Assembly (NCBI GenBank): GCA_965249325.1
Contig: CBDFLP010000020.1
Location: 321,428 to 385,427 of the forward strand
Length of the DNA stretch: 64,000 bases
Direction: 5' to 3'
Source: Dehalococcoidia bacterium
GTDB lineage: Bacteria > Chloroflexota > Dehalococcoidia > Lucifugimonadales > Australimonadaceae
The position numbers were made by a program, and so were the translations under genes. The notes below the pieces were generated by a model. That model was not told where the DNA came from. It saw only the letters and a program-made list of their open reading frames with translations, and did not search any database. The number at the start of each line of letters is the position of its first letter. The stretch's first letter is position 1. Positions 8,679 through 25,850 of this stretch are shown here, piece by piece.

Positions 8679-9587
8679 ATGAGCGCTACTCCGGCTCCAC
8701 AACCTAAGCTCGTTTCCTGGTTCTGGGCGACGCGCCCCTTCTCTCTTACCGCGTCCATTACGCCGGTGCTCGTGGGGTCGGCGCTTGCCGCCACCGTTGG
8801 GGCGATTGACTGGCTGCTCTACTGGCTGGCGCTGACCGGCTCCATCGCGATTCAGATCGGCACGAACCTCACTGACGAGTATTCGGACCACCGCAAGTCG
8901 GGAGGGGCGGGCAAGTTCCTGGCGCCGCACAAGGTGATCCAGCGCGGGCTGCTCTCCGAGCGCGCTGTCGGGTTCGGGATGGCGGCGGCGTTCGGGTACG
9001 GCATCGCGGCGGGGCTGGTCATCGTCGCGCACGTGGGCTGGCCTATCCTGGCTGTCGGGCTGGCGAGCGTGGCAGCCGCCTATCTCTATGCGGGCGGCCC
9101 CAAGCCGCTGGGGACGCTTGGGCTCGGCGAGCCGGTGGTGTTCGTGTTCATGGGGCCGTTGATGGTGATGGCGTCGTACTACGTGCAGCGCGAGGCGCTC
9201 ACCTGGGCGTCGGTTTACGTCTCGCTGCCGGTCGCCTTCATCGTCACCGCCATCCTTCACGTCAACAACCTGCGCGACATCTCCGAGGACCTGGAGGCCG
9301 GGAAGCGGAGCATCGCCGCCGCCATCGGCGTCACGCCGTCGCGCTGGCTGTACGCCGCGTTCCTCGCGAGCGCCTACCTCTCGATTGCCGCCGTAGCGGT
9401 CGCCGGCGTTGTCAGTCCGTGGGCATTGCTCGGCCTCGCGCCGCTGCCGTGGGCGGTGGGCGCGGCGCGCGCGTTGTTCGCGGCGGAAGAGCGGGGCGCG
9501 ATGAACCGTCTGCTCGTGCGGAGCGCCAAGCTCCATGGCTGGACCGGCATCGCGCTAGCGGCGGGGCTGTACGCGTCGAGTTTGTGA
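8679..9587 (+). CDS. menA: 1,4-dihydroxy-2-naphthoate polyprenyltransferase (UbiA family)
   Basis: Polytopic membrane protein with NLTDEYSDHRKSGG and NNLRDISEDLEAGKRS Asp-rich motifs, adjacent to menB. Confidence 0.85.
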   Translation: MSATPAPQPKLVSWFWATRPFSLTASITPVLVGSALAATVGAIDWLLYWLALTGSIAIQIGTNLTDEYSDHRKSGGAGKFLAPHKVIQRGLLSERAVGFGMAAAFGYGIAAGLVIVAHVGWPILAVGLASVAAAYLYAGGPKPLGTLGLGEPVVFVFMGPLMVMASYYVQREALTWASVYVSLPVAFIVTAILHVNNLRDISEDLEAGKRSIAAAIGVTPSRWLYAAFLASAYLSIAAVAVAGVVSPWALLGLAPLPWAVGAARALFAAEERGAMNRLLVRSAKLHGWTGIALAAGLYASSL

Positions 9588-9599
9588 GGGGGAGGGTGC

Positions 9600-9640
9600 T
9601 TACGTGGATATACGTATAAGGGTATACTGCAATACGTATA
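9600..9640 (+). promoter_or_regulatory. Candidate vapBC promoter with two palindromic operator sites
   Basis: -35 TTACGT (9600-9605), 17-nt spacer, -10 TATACT (9623-9628). TATACGTATA (9609-9618) and ATACGTAT (9632-9639) have centres 22 bp apart. The patch is AT-rich within a GC-rich genome. Confidence 0.55.
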
Positions 9641-9655
9641 GCGTCATGGGAGAAC

Positions 9656-9904
9656 GTGGCGATGAAGAGCAAGCTGACCATCACGTTGGACTCAGAGCTC
9701 ATCCCGGCGGCGAAGCGGTACGCGCGTTCCAAGGGCGTGTCGCTCTCAGCGGTGATTGAGCAGGCGTTGCGAGAGGCGACGAGCGAAAGCGAACCGTCGT
9801 TCATGGAGTACTGGCGTGGGAAGTTTCAGGCGGCACATCACGTCAAGCCGGAGCTTTTGGATGACCCGCGCTACGCAGCGCTGGCGCGTAAACACCTCAC
9901 GTGA
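9656..9904 (+). CDS. Antitoxin (RHH/VapB-like) of the PIN toxin. The ATG at 9662 may be the true start.
   Basis: 82-aa ORF overlapping the downstream PIN gene by 4 bp (GTGA). GGGAGA lies 8 nt before ATG 9662. Confidence 0.75.
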   Translation: MAMKSKLTITLDSELIPAAKRYARSKGVSLSAVIEQALREATSESEPSFMEYWRGKFQAAHHVKPELLDDPRYAALARKHLT

Positions 9905-10308
9905 TCCTTCTCGACACCAATGTTCTCATAGACGCGGCCATTGATAGACATCCCTACGCAGAATCGGCGTCAGAACTCCTCGACAAGCTCATGAGGAGGG
10001 AAAGCCATGCCTTCATGGCATGGCATACGGTCGCCACCCTTTACTACATCGTGGCTCCTTCTCGCGGAGGGCCAAGCACACGTGACTTCATCTTGGCCTT
10101 ACTCCGGTTCGTACAAGTCGCCCCGACCAGCACCGAAGCCGTCCGGTACGCCGCATCGCTTCCCATGCCGGACTTCGAGGATGCGATGCAGGCAGCCGCC
10201 GCGCGGGCGTGCGGCGCCCGGCACATCATCACGCGGAACATCAAGGACTTCGAACGTTCTCCAATCCCCGCGATCACGCCGCAAGAGGCGCTTCTCCAGC
10301 TGCGCTGA
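9901..10308 (+). CDS. vapC: PIN-domain ribonuclease toxin (VapC family)
   Basis: MILLDTNVLIDAAID..., DFEDAMQ, IITRNIKDF. Acidic PIN residues are in their usual places. Confidence 0.85.
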   Translation: MILLDTNVLIDAAIDRHPYAESASELLDKLMRRESHAFMAWHTVATLYYIVAPSRGGPSTRDFILALLRFVQVAPTSTEAVRYAASLPMPDFEDAMQAAAARACGARHIITRNIKDFERSPIPAITPQEALLQLR

Positions 10309-10359
10309 CGCTTGGCGCACAACGTTGACCGCCGTCGTGGACGGGCCTAGACTCGGTTC

Positions 10360-12459
10360 GTGGTTATCTATCGCTATTCCCGGTGGGACGGGTCCCAGAA
10401 CGTCGAGTTCCCCACGACTGAGGACCTGATCGACCGCCTCTCGGAGCAGATTCTCCAGGGAGACGATCTGCGCGGCGCCCTGCGCAGGATGATGCAGCGC
10501 GGCTTCCAGGACGCCAAGGGCCAGCGCGGCATGGGCATGCAAGACCTGCTCGACAAGCTCCGGGAAGCGCGCGAACGCAACCTCGAACGCTACAACCTCG
10601 CCTCGATGTTCGACGACATCGCCAAGCAGGTTGACGAAGTCATCGAGCAGGAGCGGCGGGGCATCGACAAGCGCCTCCAAGAGATACGCCCGTCTCCCCT
10701 CTCCGGCCCTCCTCCGCAGACGGGGGAGGGGGCGGAGTCCGGTTCACCCCCGCAGACGGGAGAGGGAGCGGAGGAAGGCGAGGGCGGCGGCGATGTCCCC
10801 CCGGAGCTTGCCGACATGCTCCGGCAGATGGCCAACCGGCATCTCGATCAGCTCGATCAGCTTCCTCCCAACGCGGGCGGCCGCATCAAGAAGCTTCGCG
10901 ATTACGATTTCATGGACCCGGAGGCGCGCGAGAAGTTCGAGGAGCTGCTGCAACAGCTCCAGCAACAGGTGCTGCAGCAGTACTTCCAGGGTCTCCAGCA
11001 GAGCTTGCAGAACATGACCCAGGAGGACCTCTCGCAGGTTGCGGCCATGGTCCGCGATCTGAACGAGCTCGTTAAGCAGAAGCTCCAGGGCGACGATCCG
11101 GACATCACCGAGTTCATGAACAAGTGGGGGCATATGTTCCCCCCCGGCATCGAGAATTTCGACCAGCTGATGGACCACATGTCCAAGCAGATGGCCCAAA
11201 TGCAATCGCTGATGAACTCGATGCCTGCGGAGATGCGTCGCCAGCTCGAAGACATGATGGAGGGCCTGCTGCAGGACAACCGGCTCTCATGGGACCTGTT
11301 CGAACTCGCCACAAACCTGGAACGGATGAACCCCGGCCGGTTCCAGGACAACGACTTCCGGATGTTCGGCGACGAGCCCGTCACCCTCCAGCAAGCCCTC
11401 GAGCTGATGGGCGACCTCAACAACATGGAGGAGCTCGAATCTCAGATCCGCCAGGCGCTGCGCACCAACGACGCCACCAAGATTGACGCCGACGAGATCG
11501 GAAACGTTCTTGGCGACGAGGCCGGCCGTTTCGCCAAAGAGCTGCAACGGCTCGCCAAGGAGCTGGAGGAGGCGGGTTTCATCCGCAGGAAGGGCCAGGG
11601 CTGGGAGCTCACTCCTCAGGCCATTCGCAAGATCGGCGACAAGGCCCTCACCGACATCTTCAACCGCATCCGCGGAGGCGACCTCGGCGACCATAACCGC
11701 GAGAAGAGCGGGGTCGGCGTCGAGTTGACCGACGAGACGAAGAAGTGGGAGTTCGGCGATCCCCTCCACCTCAACACGCTCAAGACCGTCAGCAACGCCG
11801 TCCTGCGGGAAGGGCCGGGCACGCCCGTCCGCATCAAGCCCGAAGACTTCGAAATCGACCGCACCATCTCCCAGACACGGGCGTCGACGATCATAGCTAT
11901 CGACATGAGCTATTCGATGTTCTGGGACGGCGCGTTCCAGGCGGGTCAGCGGGTAGGGCTGGCCCTCGACACGCTCATCAAGTCCAAGTATCCCAAGGAC
12001 CAAGTCTCGGTCGTCGCCTTCTCCTACTTCGTGCTGCCCCTCGAGTCGCACATGCTCCTCGACACCTACTGGGTAGAGCACGGCGGCGGGACGAATTTCC
12101 AGGAAGTGCTCCGCCAGTCCCGCCAGATGCTGGCCCGCCAGGGCGGCAACAATAAGCAGATCATCCTCATCACCGACGGCGAGCCCACGACCTACAACTG
12201 GACCGAGGGCGATGTACGAGCGAACTACATGCGGCGCGGGGGCGGACTGATCGAAGCGACCATGCGCGAGGTGATGCGCTGCACACGCGACAACATCACC
12301 ATCAACATCTTCATGCTCGACCAGAGCCCTTCGCTCCTTCGTTTCGTTCAACTGATGACGAAGATGAACAAGGGCCGCGCGTTCGTCGCCAGCCCGGACA
12401 ATCTGGGCTCCTATGTCGTCGCCGACTACGTCTCCAACCGCAACAAGGTCATCCGCTAG
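10360..12459 (+). CDS. von Willebrand factor A domain protein (COG4867-like)
   Basis: Family-typical N-terminus MVIYRYSRWDGSQ. C-terminal vWA fold with MIDAS context IIAIDMSYSM ... ILITDGEPT. Confidence 0.75.
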   Translation: MVIYRYSRWDGSQNVEFPTTEDLIDRLSEQILQGDDLRGALRRMMQRGFQDAKGQRGMGMQDLLDKLREARERNLERYNLASMFDDIAKQVDEVIEQERRGIDKRLQEIRPSPLSGPPPQTGEGAESGSPPQTGEGAEEGEGGGDVPPELADMLRQMANRHLDQLDQLPPNAGGRIKKLRDYDFMDPEAREKFEELLQQLQQQVLQQYFQGLQQSLQNMTQEDLSQVAAMVRDLNELVKQKLQGDDPDITEFMNKWGHMFPPGIENFDQLMDHMSKQMAQMQSLMNSMPAEMRRQLEDMMEGLLQDNRLSWDLFELATNLERMNPGRFQDNDFRMFGDEPVTLQQALELMGDLNNMEELESQIRQALRTNDATKIDADEIGNVLGDEAGRFAKELQRLAKELEEAGFIRRKGQGWELTPQAIRKIGDKALTDIFNRIRGGDLGDHNREKSGVGVELTDETKKWEFGDPLHLNTLKTVSNAVLREGPGTPVRIKPEDFEIDRTISQTRASTIIAIDMSYSMFWDGAFQAGQRVGLALDTLIKSKYPKDQVSVVAFSYFVLPLESHMLLDTYWVEHGGGTNFQEVLRQSRQMLARQGGNNKQIILITDGEPTTYNWTEGDVRANYMRRGGGLIEATMREVMRCTRDNITINIFMLDQSPSLLRFVQLMTKMNKGRAFVASPDNLGSYVVADYVSNRNKVIR
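10696..10773 (+). repeat. Two REP-like modules (CGCAGACGGG type) embedded in frame in the vWA gene
   Basis: CCCCTCTCCGGCCCTCCTCCGCAGACGGGGGAGGGGGCGGAG and CACCCCCGCAGACGGGAGAGGGAGCGGAG, translated as SGPPPQTGEGAESGSPPQTGEGAEEGEGGG. Confidence 0.8.
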
Positions 12460-12471
12460 GCGGGTCGTCCC

Positions 12472-12828
12472 GTGAGTCCGGACAGCATCGGCTTCGTAGA
12501 GGCCATCGTTATCGACGTTGCCGACTTCGAGAGGGCCGAGGCTTTCTGGTCTCAGCTAGTCGGCTGCGAGTTCGGCCCTTCTTTCGAGCCCACCTTCAGG
12601 CGGGCCCATCTCCCGTCCCGCGTCGCTCTCGTGCTCCAGCTTAGGCCTGACCCGAAGGGAACGCGCAACCGGGTCCACGTTGACGTGGAGGTCGAAGACA
12701 TCGGCGCGGCGCTGGCGCGCGTTGAAGCGATAGGCGGCGCGCTAGTGGGCCGGGTAGAGAATGAGTTCGGCGTTCACATCGTCTGCGCCGACCCCGACGG
12801 CAACGAGTTCTGCCTGACGCCCCAGTAG
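12472..12828 (+). CDS. VOC/glyoxalase-fold protein
   Basis: 118 aa. VHVDVEVEDIGAALARVEAIGG...VCADPDGNEFCL. Paralogue at 34500-34862. Confidence 0.7.
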   Translation: MSPDSIGFVEAIVIDVADFERAEAFWSQLVGCEFGPSFEPTFRRAHLPSRVALVLQLRPDPKGTRNRVHVDVEVEDIGAALARVEAIGGALVGRVENEFGVHIVCADPDGNEFCLTPQ

Positions 12829-12977
12829 CTTCTACGAAGCGTGCGGCTTCGCGCCGACGGGCGTACTACTCAACGCGAATGGCTACGGCAAGCCGGGCGT
12901 GCCCCTAACCAAGCGCGACCGGGCGGAGGCGCGCTAAGACGCCCCGCCCGATTAGGCGCACCTAGGCGCCGCAGCCT

Positions 12978-17141
<4,164 letters not shown>

Positions 17142-17213
17142 TCTGCTCGTACTCCTCGCGGGGCTCCCCCGCGCTGTCGACTAAAGAGACTTGGTCATTA
17201 TTTGGCGCGGGCG

Positions 17214-20200
17214 CTAACCCTGGTCTCCCTCGTTCTCCTCCTCGGAGGCCTGGCGCGCGTATGCGCCCAGGTCCATCCGCACCTCCGTGGACACTTCCGA
17301 CTCCTGCTCCTCCAGCGGCACGAAGTCCGCTTCCCAGGAGGGCGCAACCGGCTCGAGGGGCGCCACGATTGCCGTGTCCATGTCTTCCTCTTCTTCCTCT
17401 GCATAGGTGAAACGTGGAGCAGGGATCCCGCGGTCGTCCTCATAGCGCAGCTCGACCGCCAGCCCCAAGCTCTGCAGTTCCTTGACCAGAACGTGGAAGG
17501 ACTCCGGCACACCGGGCTGGACAACGTCCTCGCCCTTTACGATTGCCTCGTATGTCTTCACCCGTCCCACCACGTCGTCCGACTTGACCGTGAGCATCTC
17601 TTGGAGGTTGTATGCCGCGCTGTACGCCTCGAGCGCCCATACCTCCATCTCGCCGAACCGCTGGCCGCCGAACTGCGCCTTCCCACCCAGGGGCTGCTGC
17701 GTTATGAGCGAGTACGGGCCCGTCGACCTTGCGTGGATCTTGTCCTCCACCAAGTGGATGAGCTTCAGCATGTAGATGTAGCCGACGGTGACCGGGTTGT
17801 CGAACTGATCTCCGGTGCGCCCGTCGTAGAGGAGCGACTTGCCAAGCACCGGAGCCGCGATGTTGAGGTCCCGGCCCACCTGCAGCGCCTCCTCGTACAG
17901 CTCGCCGAACGCTTGGTCCTCGGTGGCGAGCTTCTTGCCCGTCGCCTCCTCGTATGGTTCGGCCAGGTCTTGGAGCCAGACTTTGAGGCAGACCTCGGAC
18001 GCGTAGTCAGGGACGTTGTCGTTGAACACCCGGTCCGCGTCGTAGCCTCGCTCGGCCACCCAAGCGTGGGCCCTGGCCCAGTCGGGTTCGTAGTCGTCGA
18101 CGCCGAGCAGGTCGCTGCCGGCAGCTCCTGCTCGCTCCACCAGCCACGCCCTGCCCAGGGCGTCGCGGATGTCAACGTCCGTTGCGCCGTCGAACACCGG
18201 CGTCGCCGCGCGGAAGCGCAGCTTGTGTGCGGCGAGACCGAGATGCGTCTCCAGCACCTGGCCGAGGTTCATGCGGGAAGGCACCCCGATCGGGTTCAGG
18301 ATGATGTCGACCGGCGTCCCGTCGGCCAAGTAGGGCATGTCCTCGATGGGCATGATGCGCGAGACGACGCCCTTGTTGCCGTGCCGCCCCGCCATCTTGT
18401 CGCCCTCGGACAGGGTGCGAGTCTGAGCGACCCATACACGCACCAACTTATTCACACCGGGCGCGAGCTCGTCGCCGTTCTCGCGTGTCAGCACTCGCAC
18501 GTCGATGATCTTGCCGCGCTCGCCGTGGGGCACGCGCAGCGAGGTGTCCTTCACGTCGCGCGCCTTCTCTCCAAAGATGGCGCGGAGCAGCTTCTCCTCG
18601 GCGGTCAGCTCGGTCTCGCCCTTGGGCGTAATCTTCCCGACGAGGATGTCGCCGGGGCCGACCTCCGCGCCGACGCGGATGATTCCCTCCTCGTCGAGGT
18701 TGCGGAGGGCGTCGTCGCCGACGTTTGGGATGTCCCGCGTGATCTCTCCGGGGCCTAGCTTCGTGTCCCGCGACTCCACCTCGTACTTCTCGATATGGAT
18801 CGACGTGAACTTGGAGTCGCGCACGATGTTCTCGGACACGATGATCGCGTCCTCGAAGTTGTAGCCCTCCATTGCCATGAACGCGCACAGCACGTTCTGG
18901 CCGAGGGCTAAGTCGCCCTCTTGGGTCGAAGAGCTGTCCGCGAGCGGGTCGCCGACCTCCACCCAGTCTCCGACCGACACGCTCGCGCGCTGCGTCAGAC
19001 AGGTGCCCTGGTTCGACCGGATGAACTTGCGGAGCACTTGCGCGTGCTCTTTGCCGTCGCTGTCCGTGATGACCACCAAGTCTCCCGTCACCGACGTGAC
19101 GACGCCCGCGTTCTTCGCCAGCACCATTTGGCCGGAGTCGCGCGCGACTCGCCGCTCCATGCCGGTGCCCACGAGTGGGGCATCCGGCTTGAGCAGCGGC
19201 ACCGCCTGCCGTTGCATGTTCGAGCCCATCAGCGCGCGGTTGGCGTCGTCGTGCTCCAAGAACGGGATCAACGCAGTCGAAACGCTCACGATTTGCATGG
19301 GGGCGACGTCTACATAGTCCACGCGGTCCGGCGGCTCGGTGGAGTAATCCTGCGACCTCCGGCACTCGACGCGCTCTTCCACGAGCTGGAATTTCTCGTC
19401 CATCTGCGAAGTCGCCTGAGCGACGACGAACTTGTCCTCCTCATCGGCGGGCAGGTAGACCACATCCTCCGCGCGTGAGGACACGTAAGGCTGGACCGCG
19501 AGCATCCGCTCCTCCAGCTCTACAATCTTCTTGGCGGCGGGGTTGGAGATTGAATGTCCCGCGCGGACGATTGTCTTTCCTGTCTCGTCCTTCACGTCCT
19601 CGGTGACCATGCGCCCCGCGAGGTCCGGCGCCTTGCTCGATATCTTCTTGTGGACCTTCCTGTAGGGAGTCTCGATGAAGCCGTAGTCGTTGAGGCGGGC
19701 GTACGTCGCCAGGGAGCCTAGGAGTCCAATGTTCGGGCCCTCGGGCGTCTCGATCGGGCAGATGCGGCCATAGTGCGAGTAGTGGACGTCCCGCACGTCG
19801 AACCCTGCGCGCTCTCGCGACAGGCCGCCGGGGCCGAGGGCGGAGAGTCGGCGCTTGTGCGTCAGCTCCGCCAGCGGGTTCGTCTGGTCCATGAACTGGG
19901 AAAGCTGGGAGCCGCCGAAGAACTCGCGCACCGCCGCCACGACAGGCCTGATGTTGATCAGCGCGCTGGGCGTCGCCTCTTCCTGGTCGAGGATAGTCAT
20001 TCGCTCCTTCACGACCCGCTCCATGCGGAGCAGGCCGACGCGGAGCTGGTTTATGATCAGCTCGCCCACGGCGCGGACACGGCGGTTGCCCAGGTGGTCG
20101 ATGTCGTCGGGATTGGAGACTCCGTTGTTGATCCGCACCATCATGCGAATCATCTCAATGATGTCTTCTCTCGTGAGGGTACGGTTCTCTTGCGGGATGT

Positions 20201-21077
20201 CCTGCCCCATCCGGCGGTTCATCTTGTAACGCCCAACCTTGCCCAAGTCGTACCGGCGCGGGTTGAAGAACAGATTGTCCAGCAGCGACCGGGCGCTCTC
20301 GACGCTCGGCGGCTCGCCGGGCCGGAGCCTGCGGTACACCTCCACCAGCGCCTGCGACTCGGTCTGGACCGCGATGTCCTTTTCGAGCGTAGTCCGCATG
20401 TATGGGTGGTCCGGGTCGTCGTCGACATCCGCGAACAGGCTCAACAGCTGCTCGTCCTCCGCGTAACTGAGGGCGCGGAGGAAGGTCGTCACCGGCAGCT
20501 TGCGCTTCCGGTCGATCTTCACGGAGATGATGTCCCGGGGGCTGGTCTCAAACTCGAGCCACGCGCCGCGGTAGGGAATCAGCTTCGAGAGGGAGACGTT
20601 CCGGCCTGTGCCGGGGTCCTGCACCCGCGTGAAGTACGCGCCAGGGGAGCGGACCAGCTGGCTGACCACCACGCGCTCGGCGCCGTTGATCACGAACGTG
20701 CCCGTCGGCGTCATCATCGGGATGTCGCCGAAGAACAGCGTCTGCTCCTTGATTTCTCCTGTCTCCTTCACCTCGAGTTCTACGGTCACGTAGAGCGGGG
20801 CCTCGTAGGTGATTTCCCGCTCCCGGCACTCTTCCTCCGTGTACTTCGGCTTGCGAAACTCGTGCGCGCCGAACCGCAGCTCGAAACGGCTGCCGGTCAC
20901 GTCTTGGATGGGGTTGATTTCGTCCAAGACCTCACGGAGTCCCTCCAGTTTCAGAGACTCAAAGGACTGAGTCTGGATCTGCACCAGGCTGGAAGGCTCG
21001 AGCACCTGATGGACTCGAGAATAGGACTTGAGGGGGTGTACGGGGGAACGGTCAGTCCGGGATACTAGTGAAGTCAT
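17214..21077 (-). CDS. rpoB: DNA-directed RNA polymerase subunit beta
   Basis: 1287 aa. Motifs include [28 protein letters not shown] and [13 protein letters not shown]. Confidence 0.98.
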   Translation of the reverse strand: MTSLVSRTDRSPVHPLKSYSRVHQVLEPSSLVQIQTQSFESLKLEGLREVLDEINPIQDVTGSRFELRFGAHEFRKPKYTEEECREREITYEAPLYVTVELEVKETGEIKEQTLFFGDIPMMTPTGTFVINGAERVVVSQLVRSPGAYFTRVQDPGTGRNVSLSKLIPYRGAWLEFETSPRDIISVKIDRKRKLPVTTFLRALSYAEDEQLLSLFADVDDDPDHPYMRTTLEKDIAVQTESQALVEVYRRLRPGEPPSVESARSLLDNLFFNPRRYDLGKVGRYKMNRRMGQDIPQENRTLTREDIIEMIRMMVRINNGVSNPDDIDHLGNRRVRAVGELIINQLRVGLLRMERVVKERMTILDQEEATPSALINIRPVVAAVREFFGGSQLSQFMDQTNPLAELTHKRRLSALGPGGLSRERAGFDVRDVHYSHYGRICPIETPEGPNIGLLGSLATYARLNDYGFIETPYRKVHKKISSKAPDLAGRMVTEDVKDETGKTIVRAGHSISNPAAKKIVELEERMLAVQPYVSSRAEDVVYLPADEEDKFVVAQATSQMDEKFQLVEERVECRRSQDYSTEPPDRVDYVDVAPMQIVSVSTALIPFLEHDDANRALMGSNMQRQAVPLLKPDAPLVGTGMERRVARDSGQMVLAKNAGVVTSVTGDLVVITDSDGKEHAQVLRKFIRSNQGTCLTQRASVSVGDWVEVGDPLADSSSTQEGDLALGQNVLCAFMAMEGYNFEDAIIVSENIVRDSKFTSIHIEKYEVESRDTKLGPGEITRDIPNVGDDALRNLDEEGIIRVGAEVGPGDILVGKITPKGETELTAEEKLLRAIFGEKARDVKDTSLRVPHGERGKIIDVRVLTRENGDELAPGVNKLVRVWVAQTRTLSEGDKMAGRHGNKGVVSRIMPIEDMPYLADGTPVDIILNPIGVPSRMNLGQVLETHLGLAAHKLRFRAATPVFDGATDVDIRDALGRAWLVERAGAAGSDLLGVDDYEPDWARAHAWVAERGYDADRVFNDNVPDYASEVCLKVWLQDLAEPYEEATGKKLATEDQAFGELYEEALQVGRDLNIAAPVLGKSLLYDGRTGDQFDNPVTVGYIYMLKLIHLVEDKIHARSTGPYSLITQQPLGGKAQFGGQRFGEMEVWALEAYSAAYNLQEMLTVKSDDVVGRVKTYEAIVKGEDVVQPGVPESFHVLVKELQSLGLAVELRYEDDRGIPAPRFTYAEEEEEDMDTAIVAPLEPVAPSWEADFVPLEEQESEVSTEVRMDLGAYARQASEEENEGDQG

Positions 21078-21571
21078 TATTGGTCAGCACTCCTCGACTA
21101 GCTGCCGCGCGTTTTTGACGGACACGAAAAAAGCCCAGCGCATCAGGCAACGCTAGACCAGAGAAAATACTTAACGCTTAGGGGGGCTCGGGTGTCGCGG
21201 CGCGGTGGGCGGCATTCGACTCCTACTATCGAGGAGTATATAGAGGCTTCCTCCCTGGCGTCAAGCGCGCTTCCCGTCCTGGCCAAGGTGGGCGGCTGTC
21301 CCGCGCGAGGGTGTTGCTCGTCGCCTGAGGGGCCGGGAATGAGAACGGAAGTGCTATTGGCCGCCGCGACCCCGCACGATAGGGTTAGTACAGAATGGTC
21401 TTCGACAAAACACCCTCCCCCCGCGCCTCGTTTGCACCGCGTGCGGCGCCATCGAGGACTTACTCGTCGATCGCTTCCACAGGACCTCTACGGCAAGTAT
21501 CGCTTGCGCCGACTCCCCGGGACACGGCGCGCCAATCCAAGCAAGGAAGAACTCAGCAGGAGGAAGAGCAT

Positions 21572-21994
21572 ATGGCAGGACTGAAGGGCACCCAGAGCGA
21601 GCAGAACCTGAAGGACGCCTTCGCACGCGAGTCCCAGGCGAACAGGAGGTATCTGTACTTCGCCCGTCGCGCCGACATCGAAGGTTATCCGGAGGTCGGC
21701 GGGCTCTTTCGCGACATCTCCGAGGCCGAGACCGGCCATTCCTTCGGCCACCTCGATTTTCTGAAAGAGACCGGCGACCCCGCGACCGGGGAGCCCATCG
21801 GCAACACCGAGGCCAACCTCAAGTCCGCCCTCGCCGGCGAGACGTACGAGTACACCGAGATGTACCCCAGCTTCGCCCGCACAGCCCGGGATGAGGGCCT
21901 CGACGAGCTGGCCGAGTGGTTCGAGACCCTTGCCCGCGCCGAGCGCTCGCACGCCGGCCGATTCACCAAGGCCGTCGAGACGCTCAGCCTCTAG
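21572..21994 (+). CDS. Rubrerythrin-family ferritin-like diiron protein with no rubredoxin domain
   Basis: Start at internal ATG 21572 preceded by [59 protein letters not shown]. Confidence 0.85.
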   Translation: MAGLKGTQSEQNLKDAFARESQANRRYLYFARRADIEGYPEVGGLFRDISEAETGHSFGHLDFLKETGDPATGEPIGNTEANLKSALAGETYEYTEMYPSFARTARDEGLDELAEWFETLARAERSHAGRFTKAVETLSL

Positions 21995-22012
21995 GGCCTC
22001 GCTGGAACGATT

Positions 22013-22047
22013 CGCGCCCTCCAAGGCCAGGGCCTTTGGAGGGCGCG
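22013..22047. terminator. Bidirectional hairpin terminator between rubrerythrin and katG
   Basis: CGCGCCCTCCAA-ggccagggcct-TTGGAGGGCGCG (perfect 12-bp stem), followed by TTTGC on the plus strand. Confidence 0.7.
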
Positions 22048-22097
22048 TTTGCTATCCGCAATCGAGGAGCCTGCCTGAGTGGAGCTCCTCGCCGAGG

Positions 22098-24770
<2,673 letters not shown>

Positions 24771-24815
24771 CCGTTGGGGCCGCCGCCTCGGGGAAAGTGC
24801 GGGACCGCTATGGAG

Positions 24816-25841
24816 CTAGGAGGTCGAGACCGCCGCCAGCGCTGACTCCAGCTCCGCCAACGAGACGTAGCCTTCGAAGCGCGAATCAATGCGGCCGTCC
24901 GCGCCTATCACAAAGGTCCAGGACTCGTTGCGGTAGTGGGGCACCTGGTCGACTCCCCACTCCGCCAGCACCGGCGAGAGGACGCCTCGCGATAGGTCTC
25001 CCTGGATCTCGTGGGGGTTGTCGTATATCTCCACGTGGATGTAGTCTGCCGCGTCCGGGTTGCTGTCCTTGAGCTCAGACAGCGTCTGCACTTGCGGGCC
25101 ACACGTGGGAGTCGTGCAGAAGGCCGGCGACGCAAAGACGACGACACTCGGCCTGCCCGAGAAGATCGACTCCGCGATGCTCAGCTCATACAACTCAGCA
25201 TCCGGCTGGTAGTCCGACGTCAGCTTGGTCAGGTCGCCCTGGACCGTCTCAACCGTCTTGGTGTTGCTGAACAGGGCTATCTGCCCGATGTCGCGCACAA
25301 TCGACGTTTCCTCCACCTCCACGAGCAGCTCAGCCACGCCGACCACCGACGCGTCATCCACTGCGATATCCAGCCGCCACCTGCCGGCCTGGGGGAAGGT
25401 CAGCTCCGTCACGTACGACCCACGCGTCCCGAATGGCCAGAGGTCGAACGCGGCGGTCGTGGACTCGGACTGCGCGTCGCCGTCCAAGAACGTCGTCCGC
25501 ACGCTCGCCTCGGGGGCCGAAACGAGCGCCGTCGCCGATTCCAGCAGGAACGCGACGCGCTGTGTGCCTGTCCGCAGCACTGTCGTCCCCAAGATTGGCG
25601 TCAGCTCCTCGACGGACGAGGCTGGAGTTGGCGTAGAGGTCGGCGCGAGAGTTGGCGTGCTGGCCGGAGCGGGAGTTGGCGTGACGTCAGGCGCCGGGGT
25701 TGGCGTGCTGGCGGGCGCCAGGGTCGGCGTGGAGGTTGGCTCGTGGGTCGGCATGGAGGTCGGCGTTGGGGTCGAGCAGGATACTGCCAGAAGGCCAACG
25801 CCTATCGCCACGAACACAAACTGCAGTCGCCAGGTGCGCAT
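24816..25841 (-). CDS. Secreted lipoprotein with a PT-rich linker and a C-terminal thioredoxin-fold-like domain (CX4C)
   Basis: MRTWRLQFVFVAIGVGLLAVSC|STPTPTS.., VVVFASPAFCTTPTCGPQV... The thioredoxin-fold assignment comes from motif recall only. Confidence 0.55.
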   Translation of the reverse strand: MRTWRLQFVFVAIGVGLLAVSCSTPTPTSMPTHEPTSTPTLAPASTPTPAPDVTPTPAPASTPTLAPTSTPTPASSVEELTPILGTTVLRTGTQRVAFLLESATALVSAPEASVRTTFLDGDAQSESTTAAFDLWPFGTRGSYVTELTFPQAGRWRLDIAVDDASVVGVAELLVEVEETSIVRDIGQIALFSNTKTVETVQGDLTKLTSDYQPDAELYELSIAESIFSGRPSVVVFASPAFCTTPTCGPQVQTLSELKDSNPDAADYIHVEIYDNPHEIQGDLSRGVLSPVLAEWGVDQVPHYRNESWTFVIGADGRIDSRFEGYVSLAELESALAAVSTS

Positions 25842-25850
25842 AGAGGTCTC

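Noticed and set aside
21100-21571. Possible small genes or operators in the rpoB/rubrerythrin divergent region (for example ORF 21192-21584 and the inverted repeat ACTCCT-N7-AGGAGT near 21218-21240)
   Set aside because: The ORF has no coding-like composition or motifs. The 6-bp inverted repeat is too short to distinguish from chance.
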